Source of the DNA: Candidatus Methanoperedens sp. | GTDB lineage: Archaea; Halobacteriota; Methanosarcinia; Methanosarcinales; Methanoperedenaceae | DNA length: 32,000 bases | Assembly (NCBI GenBank): GCA_027460535.1 | Contig: JAPZAR010000029.1 | Span: 30,001-62,000 of the forward strand | Direction: 5' to 3' | Part shown: in pieces, positions 16,764 through 25,188 of the stretch | How the letters are laid out: every line of letters starts with the position of its first letter | How positions within the stretch are numbered: the stretch's first letter is position 1 | Notes under the pieces: model-generated | The model's input: the letters and a program-made list of their open reading frames with translations, nothing else | The model's database searches: none | What the model was told of the DNA's origin: nothing | Position numbers and translations under genes: made by a program

Positions 16764-17438
16764 TCAGATTTTTCCTAAGATATTTTTCAACTCATCTACA
16801 CGCAACTGCCCTGGAGCTAGCGCATTCTCTACATACCCATATGTCATGACAGATCCATAGATGGGAGCTATAACACGCGAGTGCCTTCCTGTTTCACCCA
16901 TGGCAATGGTGCACACCGGTCCTTTTGCTCGCAGGGTAGCCTCAAATAATCGCAGCACATCTTCAAGGGAATTCGGCATTACAGCGAGTTTAGCGATATC
17001 AGCCCCAGCCTCAAATGATTCATTGAATATTCCCATCATAACATCTAACCTCGGTGTCTTCTGGAAATCATGTGTGGATATTATAACTGTTTTCCCTGCA
17101 TCACTCGCTACTTTAACGACATCATCTCTCTTATCCGAGCATAACTCAATGTCAACTGCATCTGAAAGAGGCAATAAAGAGACCAATGTCTTAATGCGCA
17201 ATGACTCATCCCTGTGCCACTCTCCTCCCTCCTGCTTCATCCGGTTTGTAATAATTACAGGGAGGCCGATTCCTTTAACATCCTGAAGTGATTGACGGGC
17301 ATCGCCATCCAGGAGATCGATCCTTAATTCCAGGATATCTGCCCCAAGCTGTTTTGCTTTATTTGCATATTCGACAGGATTTTCTCCTAATGCCGCAACC
17401 ACCGATCTTTTAAGTTCCAGACCTCCTAAGCGCACCAT
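16764..17438 (-). CDS. aroD: 3-dehydroquinate dehydratase, type I
   Basis: 224 aa with ADILELRIDLL, IISTHDFQKTP, ADIAKLAVMP (catalytic Lys region) and AMGETGRHSRV, matching type I DHQase. Confidence 0.85.
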   Translation of the reverse strand: MVRLGGLELKRSVVAALGENPVEYANKAKQLGADILELRIDLLDGDARQSLQDVKGIGLPVIITNRMKQEGGEWHRDESLRIKTLVSLLPLSDAVDIELCSDKRDDVVKVASDAGKTVIISTHDFQKTPRLDVMMGIFNESFEAGADIAKLAVMPNSLEDVLRLFEATLRAKGPVCTIAMGETGRHSRVIAPIYGSVMTYGYVENALAPGQLRVDELKNILGKI

Positions 17439-17532
17439 ATGAAGGTAAATGTCTCTCCGTGATAATAAGATTTATTAGAGTAATTTAATCTATCAACATA
17501 TTTATATCGTTTGAAGTAAATTAAACATAAGA

Positions 17533-17799
17533 ATGAACCACTTGTCGGAAAAGGTTAAAAGGGCGGCGGCAAGTTTAGTGCTCGAGGTCGATGAGAGAAG
17601 GGTAGGAGAATGCAAGAATTGCGGCTCATGTTGCATGTTTTTATATAAATGCCCTTTCCTGAGATTTGAGAACCACAACTCTCATAAAGCCGTATGCACA
17701 GTACACAGACTCAGACCTCCAATGTGCAGGAAATATCCAAGGACCAAGGAGGAGCAGTTACATCAACCCTGCGGGTACTATTTTGTTGACCGAAATTAA
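17533..17799 (+). CDS. YkgJ/UPF0153-family cysteine-cluster protein
   Basis: 88 aa with the CxxCxxCC motif (CKNCGSCC) and a later C..H....P..C..YP, typical of the family. Confidence 0.65.
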   Translation: MNHLSEKVKRAAASLVLEVDERRVGECKNCGSCCMFLYKCPFLRFENHNSHKAVCTVHRLRPPMCRKYPRTKEEQLHQPCGYYFVDRN

Positions 17800-17867
17800 A
17801 CTCCTATCCCAAGAAGTGAAATCGTTCGATATATTTATTATACAAAGAAGCCGTAATTGACCTGAAT

Positions 17868-18086
17868 ATGACAATATCTGAACTGCTCAAGAACTCTGCC
17901 TATGCTATTGTATTTGGATTCATGGGACTTATTATTGGGATATGGAGCGCAGACCTCTTATTCAATTTAATCCTTAAAAATTTAGACAGGGTAACTACGA
18001 TATATATTTCTTTAATAATTATAATATTAATTTCGGCAGGCGCGTTCCTGCTTGGTTTTACCAAGGGTAAAAATTTGCTTGAATGA
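17868..18086 (+). CDS. Small two-TM membrane protein
   Basis: 72 aa with two clear hydrophobic helices. No family assignment. Confidence 0.4.
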   Translation: MTISELLKNSAYAIVFGFMGLIIGIWSADLLFNLILKNLDRVTTIYISLIIIILISAGAFLLGFTKGKNLLE

Positions 18087-18448
18087 GAGTAAACGTGCAG
18101 GAGCTCTTCCTTTACAATGCGGCTAATAATCATGCGTGCAGATGAGGTGGGCATCGTGTGGAAAAGATGCTTTGCAGGAACAATTATATTTTCATAATAG
18201 AGAAGAATGAAGATGCCTGCAATAGGGCAAAGCAGCTTGATATAGATCATACATGGAAATACGGCTACGTCAAGCATGTTAAGAGCGCTGCCATTCGATA
18301 AGCAGTAAACCCCTCATGTTTTTATTTGATAATGTGGTCTTCAATACGGGATACTTGAAAAAAGAATGGAATCTCATTATTATAATCATAATTAATTAAA
18401 GAGTAACCTATAAATACAAATAACCTAAGGTATAATGATAGGCGGAAT

Positions 18449-18700
18449 ATGCGACGAAGCAGGATAGATATCATTATCGATGTTCTGGAGGTGGCAAGGA
18501 TGGGCGTGAATAAAACGAGCGTTGTCTACAGGACGAATCTGAATTTTAGGCTGGCGGATAAATATCTTGAGTTACTGCAGAGGCAAGGATTTGTAGAGAA
18601 TAGAGTGGATAAATATATAACAACAGACAAAGGGAAGATCTTTTTGGAGAAAGCCAAAGAAATCAATCTACATTTAGAAGAGCCTGACCGAAACTGGTAA
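18449..18700 (+). CDS. Small winged-helix DNA-binding protein
   Basis: 83 aa: IIIDVLEVARMGVNKTSVVYRTNLNFRLADKYLELLQRQGFVENRVDKYITTDKGKIFLEKA. This is the archaeal wHTH small-regulator pattern. Confidence 0.6.
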   Translation: MRRSRIDIIIDVLEVARMGVNKTSVVYRTNLNFRLADKYLELLQRQGFVENRVDKYITTDKGKIFLEKAKEINLHLEEPDRNW

Positions 18701-18866
18701 TACCAATCTCCTCATTTTTTATTTCTACAAGCCCATACTCATTCATGAAATCCAGGGTTGCAGCAACCTTTGATGGAATTTCTTTTTCAATTTCATTTAT
18801 ACGGAGTTTTTCTTTCTCACTGATTATTTCAAGGATTCTATCTGCGGTTTCTCCGAATTTTGTCAT
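18663..18866 (-). CDS. Small winged-helix-like protein
   Basis: I chose the start at MTKFGETADRILEIISEKEKLRINEIEKEIPSKVAATLDFMNEYGLVEIKNEEIGITSFGQALL, giving 67 aa. The 3' end overlaps the convergent gene 18449-18700 by 38 nt. Confidence 0.45.
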   Translation of the reverse strand: MTKFGETADRILEIISEKEKLRINEIEKEIPSKVAATLDFMNEYGLVEIKNEEIGITSFGQALLNVD

Positions 18867-19125
18867 ACCTTTCTTGATAATGATGAAATAGTATATATAA
18901 CTCAACTTAACAGAGTTCCTTAACGTGCTTTCTTAATATAATTTCTTAACTATATTTACTAATATTTTATATTACCTTCAAGCGTAGGAGTGTTTGCCCT
19001 TCATGGGCAGGATAAAACAGGTGATAAAATGAATAACGAGAAACCGAATAGGACAGAAGAAGAAAGGGCAGCAGAGGAAATATTCCAGAAATATCCTCTA
19101 AACTTCGGTTAAGAGGCATCTTAAA

Positions 19126-20034
19126 ATGAGCTGGAGAAACAATATTGAACTATTAAGATTGTGCAACTCTCCAGCTTCTATAATTTCACCTTTCCCTATT
19201 TTTGCAATTTCCCTTTTTCTAATATCTCGCAGAGAGTTCAATATTCACGATTTACCCATTCTATTTGCCGGAATAGTTATCTCACTTTTTTCGAACTTTG
19301 GTTCTAACTTATGGAACCATTGCAATGATATAAAAGAGGATTTGGCACAAGGCAAGAAAACGATTTTAACACAGGATAGATCAATGCAAAAAACAGCACT
19401 GTTTATCGCTGTCATGCTCTACGCATTCTCTATACTCTTTGTTTATTATTTATCAATCGAACTTAAAAAGCCAATTTACTTGTTTTTTTTAATTTGGGCT
19501 TTTGCAACCTGGTGGTATTCGGATAATCTAATTCTTAAAAAAATTATTGGTTTTAGACTAAAAGAGCATTATATAGGTGAGTTTATCACCTATGGCGTTG
19601 CATGGCCCACGTATACATTGAGCATCTGGCTTGTATATTCTGATTTAAATGCCAAAGGAGTATTGACATCTGCGGCATTCTTTTTACTTAGCATATCAGC
19701 GCTACTGTTAAAGGATTTAAAAGACATAACAGGAGATAGGAAAGCTGGTTTAAAAACTTTTGGAGTAACATTCTCCCCTTCTCGACTAATACGATACTCC
19801 TCTTACATGATGTTGTTATTTTATTTTATCTTACTGAATCCACTTTCTTTAAATCTTTTTGGTATCGGTATTTTGGTCATGATCTTTCCATTCGTTTATT
19901 TTTTTAAAAATACCTTTGCCCACATGTATAAAAAAAACTGGGTTTTAGAGCTAGAAGATATGAAAGCACTGAAATGCATAGGCAAATCTATCTATGCATC
20001 GGTGATATTTATAGGGCTGAGCGCTTTTCATTAA
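19126..20034 (+). CDS. UbiA-superfamily integral-membrane prenyltransferase (divergent)
   Basis: 302 aa with about 8 hydrophobic helices. First motif NLWNHCNDIKEDLAQGKKT is a degenerate NxxxDxxxD. Second motif LLLKDLKDITGDRKAGLKTFGV fits the DxxGDxxxGxxT pattern seen in DGGGP-synthase and chlorophyll-synthase-type UbiA enzymes. Confidence 0.7.
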   Translation: MSWRNNIELLRLCNSPASIISPFPIFAISLFLISRREFNIHDLPILFAGIVISLFSNFGSNLWNHCNDIKEDLAQGKKTILTQDRSMQKTALFIAVMLYAFSILFVYYLSIELKKPIYLFFLIWAFATWWYSDNLILKKIIGFRLKEHYIGEFITYGVAWPTYTLSIWLVYSDLNAKGVLTSAAFFLLSISALLLKDLKDITGDRKAGLKTFGVTFSPSRLIRYSSYMMLLFYFILLNPLSLNLFGIGILVMIFPFVYFFKNTFAHMYKKNWVLELEDMKALKCIGKSIYASVIFIGLSAFH

Positions 20035-21404
20035 ATTTCCAAACAGGTATTTGTACCAGCATTTGTAAAAAAAATATTATCATTCGCTTCTGATAAATAA
20101 TTTCTTAACTGGAATTCAGGTGGAATATACGCTGAAGGAGGGTAAGATAAAATTCCAAAATAATTTTTACCTAATAGTTTTTTCACTTTATCTTTATATT
20201 CAAAAGTTTTCTCTCCGAATGTGGTTGCAACTCCTACATCAATGCAGAAATAAATAAAACTACCATTATTATATTTCAAATTATTTAAACTTGAGATGAA
20301 TGCATCAAATTTATCATTCACCATTTCATAAACTAGGGCAACCTTTTCTGAATAATCTGAAACATCCATAATTAGAGGGAACAGGTCGAATGGTAAAAAG
20401 TTGCCCATACCAATAACAAACGCTCCCTTTGTTTTTTTATTGAAAAAAAACAACCCATACGGTATGAAGATTTTATAGTCTCCTTTGTCAAGATTCCCTA
20501 AAATTTCTTTCTCTTTTTTATCAAATACATGTATCAGATTCTTTACTGCTTCGGGGGAGGGTATGCCATCCAGCGATATTAAAATATTTTTTTCAAAGTT
20601 TGCTTTAAATTCCTTTATAACTTTAAAGTTATTATTGATTATGCATCTTGTTTCATCAAGAGTTTTACCTTTATCAGGAAAGATCTCATCATATACAGCA
20701 TTTATATTCTCTTTCTCGATTGTGAGTGCAGCAATGCCTTCTTCTATATCCCTGAAGTTACAGAAAATGCTGGGAGAATTAAACCTCAGTTGTGTATGCA
20801 ATACGTTAATTCCTATAATCGGCACTTTATAATCGGTACTTTGTGCAAAAATATCAAGTACAGTCGGAGGTGGGTAGATAAATTTCTCTTTATCGCAGTA
20901 ATCTGCGAATTTTCCCGCATATTCTTTTTGTTTTTCCGGATTCGCTCTTTTGCATAATGTACTGTAATATAATCCTCTCGCACAAATTTGACTGACCTTA
21001 AACGCACTTGCCATATGTGCTAATGGAAAATGTAATATAACAACCCCTTTCTTGCAATCTATTTTTTTGGCGAGTTTTTTCGCAGATTCTATTGCACCAT
21101 TTTCATTCGCTCCTTGAACTCTTATCTTTGCGTCAGGGTCAGTGCATAGTACCAGCGCGGCACCATCCATTCTTAAATCATCTGGAAATATCATTCCATC
21201 CACAGAAGCGCCTATCTGTGGTATATCGCCATACTCTTCATGGAATATATCCAGCATGGACTGATATTTGCCGCCATACTTTAACGTGGCATAGAATAAA
21301 GCAAGGTCAGGTTTAAAATCCAGATGCAAATGAGCTTGCTCTAAAATATCCAGTGCAGCCTGCTTATGGTCTTTTTTATTACTGAAAAGCGTAAGAGATC
21401 TCAT
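20031..21404 (-). CDS. FIST-like (FIST_N/FIST_C) sensory-domain protein
   Basis: 457 aa. The N-terminal pattern ...AALDILEQAHLHLDFKPDLALFYATLKYGGKYQSMLDIFHEEYGDIPQIGASVDGMIFPD...DGAALVLC resembles FIST_N. Assignment is from memory of the family pattern only. Confidence 0.45.
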   Translation of the reverse strand: MRSLTLFSNKKDHKQAALDILEQAHLHLDFKPDLALFYATLKYGGKYQSMLDIFHEEYGDIPQIGASVDGMIFPDDLRMDGAALVLCTDPDAKIRVQGANENGAIESAKKLAKKIDCKKGVVILHFPLAHMASAFKVSQICARGLYYSTLCKRANPEKQKEYAGKFADYCDKEKFIYPPPTVLDIFAQSTDYKVPIIGINVLHTQLRFNSPSIFCNFRDIEEGIAALTIEKENINAVYDEIFPDKGKTLDETRCIINNNFKVIKEFKANFEKNILISLDGIPSPEAVKNLIHVFDKKEKEILGNLDKGDYKIFIPYGLFFFNKKTKGAFVIGMGNFLPFDLFPLIMDVSDYSEKVALVYEMVNDKFDAFISSLNNLKYNNGSFIYFCIDVGVATTFGEKTFEYKDKVKKLLGKNYFGILSYPPSAYIPPEFQLRNYLSEANDNIFFTNAGTNTCLEI

Positions 21405-21678
21405 TTCACCTTTTGTATTTTTGTCTCCGGGGCGTTTTTACTTTCCATTATATCCAGAATTTCAATTAGTTTGTTTGGGAATATATATTTTTCCGCTATA
21501 TTATTAAGATGCAGTGTTCTTAATATTTTAACCTTCTCACCAGGTTTAAAGGGAGAATGCCTAGGTCAACTTGATAAACATTCTATGAGGATGCAAAGGC
21601 AGAACTATATCTATTTTGGAGATTAATTTTAATCCGATACAGGTATCCATCGATTATTAATCCGAGGGAGGAAAAATT

Positions 21679-23244
21679 ATGAGCTTGGAAAAAAGTCAGG
21701 TCAGAGAGGCTATTAGAAAAAGTCAGGCTTTTCTGCTTAAAGGCGTAGAGAACCATTTGATATTAAATGGGAGAAGACAGCAAGAATTCCTAATAAATCC
21801 ATGCCCATTAGCCACAGCCCTTGCAATTCTAGCATCCGAGAGAAATTGTGAACCAGTAAAAAACGCAATCACCTGGCTTCGGAAAATACAGAATAAGGAT
21901 GGCGGATGGGGTTTTGCGGATAGCGTGCCCAGCGATATTAATAGCACTGCTCTATGCATTCTGGCTCTGGAAGAGACTGAAAGACAGATAGAAAAAAGAG
22001 CCCGCATTTTCATGAAAGAAAATGGTGGTTTCTCAAAAACAGAATGGTTTGTTCAAGTGATTTCAAGTTTATTTGACAAATACTCCCCGGATGAGATTCG
22101 TACTCCAGGTGTTGGTGCCTCAAGATTGCCTCTTCCGGAACTGCGATTTACACCTTCATTTTATGCTAATCTGAATCCTACTGCGAAAAATATGGTTTTT
22201 AGCCTTACCGCGCTGGAAATGTTGGCTAAAAAGGAAAATGCTAACAAAACACTGGGATTTTTAGAAAGTGTTCAGGGACTGGATGGTTCTTGGGATCAAG
22301 AGGTTATACTTACTTCTTTCGCAACATTGGCGTTTCAAAAAGCTAAAATAAATCCCAGAATAAATCCGAATCATTGGTTTTCCGAGGTGCAATATTCAGA
22401 TGGTGCTTGGCCAGCTTTCAACCAATTAGCTTGTTGGGATATAGGTTGGGCCAGTTCTATTCTTGCTGGAAAATTTTTGCGGGATGAAAGACTACAAAGA
22501 GCGAAAAAGTATCTTGAAGATGGAATGTATTTGGACGGAAGTTTTGGGTTCACATTGCCACATGCAGGGCCGGATATTGATGACACTGCAGTGGCTTTAA
22601 TAGGGCTTAAAAATCTCTGTTCAGAGAAAACTCTACAGACATCTCGATATTTAAAATTTATGCAGAATGCAGATGGAAGCTGGAGCACATTCCCGGAGTT
22701 CTTTGGCAGTCCCCCGTATTGCATTTCAGGAAAAGTTGTTCATTTACCAAGTGTGGATGTAACGTGTCATGTTTTAAAAGCCTTATACGACGAACCATTA
22801 ACAAATAAAGAACCTTTCATAGAGTCGGCTCTCGACTGGTTAGTCTCAGCTCAGAACAAAGATGGCTCATGGGAATCGACATGGTTCAGGGGTAATATCT
22901 ACGCGACTTCTGAGGCTATAACCACTTTGCATAAATTTGGCATTGAGGGAGAAACTATATCCAGAGGTTTAGAATGGGTTGGTGGTCAACAGCGCTCTGA
23001 TGGGAGTTTTGGCAATGGCACCGTACCAGAAACGTCATTAGCGTTAACAGCATTCATGGCATGCCTTTTTGAAAAAGTGGATGTTGATAAGGCAGTTCAA
23101 TTCTTATTGGATGAACAAAACCCCGACGGATCTTTTTCAAGATCTTATACAGGAATCTATTTCGGTATTTATTATAATGACCCCATATATTTTACCTATT
23201 TGGGATTAAATGCGCTTGAACTATACAATAAAATGGAAAAATAA
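21679..23244 (+). CDS. Class II terpene cyclase, squalene-hopene-cyclase-like
   Basis: 521 aa. It has eight QW-type repeats: [64 protein letters not shown]. A DxDDTA motif, [14 protein letters not shown], lies at nt 22573-22590. Blocks collinear with A. acidocaldarius SHC as I recall it: [13 protein letters not shown] vs [36 protein letters not shown] vs [38 protein letters not shown] vs ETQRPDGGWDEPYYTG. RBS GGGAGG lies upstream. Confidence 0.75.
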   Translation: [521 protein letters not shown]

Positions 23245-23309
23245 AATTCAAAGAACATTTCGGGTGCGAAATTTTCAATAAAAACCTATTCGTAAAATAG
23301 AAAGTTCTT

Positions 23310-23735
23310 CTAAATGTCAAGTACGACCCTTGCGATCCAGTTTTGTCCTTTCTTCCTGACCTCGTATAGATGGTAGGTGACTGCTTTTACGTCCGATCTC
23401 AAGGTATGCTTTTCCCGGTCGATGGTCTCGCCGGATATTATTGCGTAAAGTTCGTATTCATCATTTTTTTTGATTGTCACATCAAATCTTCCAAAGAGAA
23501 TCGATTCGGCGTCCTTAAGATAGACCAGCTCTGAGAGCCAGTCAAAAAGAAGCCCCTCAATAGATTCGTTTTTCAATTCGATCTTTCTGCTAACCGCTGG
23601 TTTTATGCTTTTCGTATCTGCCATGACCTCAGAGATCGCGAATGCCGCATCCCTGAACAATTCTTCCAGATTCCTGCCTTCGGCCTCAAAGGCAACATCC
23701 GAAGTAGCGATGTCCTCAAGATATCGAAAAGGCAT
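23310..23735 (-). CDS. Archease (RtcB tRNA-ligase cofactor)
   Basis: 141 aa: MPFRYLEDIATSDVAFEAEGRNLEELFRDAAFAISEVM...LLFDWLSELVYL...VKAVTYHLYEV...ARVVLDI. This is the canonical archease pattern. Confidence 0.85.
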   Translation of the reverse strand: MPFRYLEDIATSDVAFEAEGRNLEELFRDAAFAISEVMADTKSIKPAVSRKIELKNESIEGLLFDWLSELVYLKDAESILFGRFDVTIKKNDEYELYAIISGETIDREKHTLRSDVKAVTYHLYEVRKKGQNWIARVVLDI

Positions 23736-24027
23736 ATAATCTTATTATAATCCTGCACTCTTTATGATTTCCCTGAAAGGACAGTGGAAATTATAATCGA
23801 AACCGGGGTCGAAAGGAATTATGGTTACATTAAATCTTGACAGAATTTTAATATGCCCAGGATTTCCGCCTGGGGAGGGAAAGGAGTGATTGCTGGCAAG
23901 GGTTGGCGAAATTAAATGATTAATCAATATAAAAAAACTTTATATAAGCAAATCGCATAATAGGGGTTGGAATGGATTTGCAAAAATTGCAGCCATTATG
24001 GGGAAAAACGGATTTTAGCAGATCAAC

Positions 24028-24074
24028 TTTATAAATTTATAATCTTCGAAAATTATAAATTTAGATCGAAAAAA
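24028..24074 (+). promoter_or_regulatory. Tandem imperfect AT-rich repeat in the PHA operon promoter region
   Basis: TTTATAAATTTATAATCTTCGAAAA (24028-24052) is followed directly by TTATAAATTTAGATCGAAAAAA (24053-24074). Both lie 27-73 nt upstream of ATG 24101, which has GGAGG 8 nt upstream. Each unit contains a TATA-like core. Confidence 0.3.
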
Positions 24075-24100
24075 TCAACTATGTAATCGGAGGAGTTTAT

Positions 24101-25186
24101 ATGGTGAAGAAAAGTGAGATGAAGAAAGAAGAAGGTCAAGAAAAAAAAGATGTTTTCAAAGTATGGGCCGACAGCTATACCGCTGTTTCAAAAATGTGGG
24201 AGGAATCCTACATGAACCTGTACAAGCCCTGGATAGAAACCACGGGTGAAATGTTCGAAAAAGCAGTTGAGCTATCAAAGGAAGCCACGCCTGAGAAGTA
24301 CAAAGAATTCTATGATGAATGGATAAAGGCACAGCAGAAGACGTTTGGGAAAATCTATCCTATCCCGATGCAGAAATCCGACCGGGAGACGCTTGAGAAA
24401 CTTCTTGTAAGCGCGGAGGAAGCGAACAACCTCTTCAAATCCTGGGTCGCCGAGATAGAGGAGAACACGCAGAGAACGCAAGATTTGCTGAAAGGTACAC
24501 CCGACCCCGAAAAGTACAGGGATCATTTTAATATGTGGATGAAATCCTATGAAAAAATATTCGATGAGTTCATTTCCATGCCGGCTATGGAAAGCACGAA
24601 GGAAATATTCGGGAATTATGGCGGCATACCTAATATGTACTTAAAGAATTTTGCAGAGATGTCAAAAATATGGAAGAATTCGTTCTCTGACTTGTACTTG
24701 CCCTGGGTTGACCCCATGTTCAGGCTCTCCGGGAAGACGGCTGAGCTCTCAAGGGGAAACGCAACTCCTGAAGACTACAAGGAATTCTACAATCTTTGGA
24801 TGAAAACATACCAGGAAACATATGGCAAGATGTTCAATGTCCAATCCATGAAGCCGTCAAAGGAAATGCTTGAAAATTTCCTCGAGAGCACCAATATCTA
24901 TCTCAACATGTATAAAACGTGGATAGCTGCCATGGAAAAGATGTCGGAAAAGGTCAAAGACCTGTCGGGACGCACGTCCGATCCTGAAGCTTATAAGGAA
25001 TTTTACGACCTCTGGGTAACGACATATGAGAAAGCTTTCGAAGACTTCTTCGAGAACATGCCCACTATTGGCCCTATGAAGAAGATGATGGAACCTGTAA
25101 AGAGCGCGGCCAAGATATACGCCGACACATTTGCGAACATGTCAAATATGTGGATCGAGTCTTTTCCCAGCACAGCCCGGGCCTGA
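24101..25186 (+). CDS. PhaE-N-like tandem-repeat protein (candidate phasin or PHA-granule-associated protein)
   Basis: 361 aa with four copies of a module ending (T/D)PExY(K/R)(E/D)(F/H)(Y/F)..W....Y....F. These are TPEKYKEFYDEWIKAQQKTFGKIY (from nt 24287), DPEKYRDHFNMWMKSYEKIFDEF (from nt 24500), TPEDYKEFYNLWMKTYQETYGKMF (from nt 24764) and DPEAYKEFYDLWVTTYEKAFEDFF (from nt 24980). The same module occurs in the downstream PhaE as SPEAYRDFYRLWIETYSETFKEFL. Confidence 0.6.
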   Translation: MVKKSEMKKEEGQEKKDVFKVWADSYTAVSKMWEESYMNLYKPWIETTGEMFEKAVELSKEATPEKYKEFYDEWIKAQQKTFGKIYPIPMQKSDRETLEKLLVSAEEANNLFKSWVAEIEENTQRTQDLLKGTPDPEKYRDHFNMWMKSYEKIFDEFISMPAMESTKEIFGNYGGIPNMYLKNFAEMSKIWKNSFSDLYLPWVDPMFRLSGKTAELSRGNATPEDYKEFYNLWMKTYQETYGKMFNVQSMKPSKEMLENFLESTNIYLNMYKTWIAAMEKMSEKVKDLSGRTSDPEAYKEFYDLWVTTYEKAFEDFFENMPTIGPMKKMMEPVKSAAKIYADTFANMSNMWIESFPSTARA

Positions 25187-25188
25187 GT

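Noticed and set aside
17900-18277. 125-aa minus-strand ORF
   Set aside because: Half of it is antisense to the two-TM ORF 17868-18086. It has no RBS or motif, and its composition is typical of AT-rich noise. Neither ORF here is strong, and the plus-strand one was kept at low confidence.
23745-23927. 60-aa minus-strand ORF upstream of archease
   Set aside because: It is short, lacks an RBS, has no recognisable pattern, and lies in a probable promoter region.
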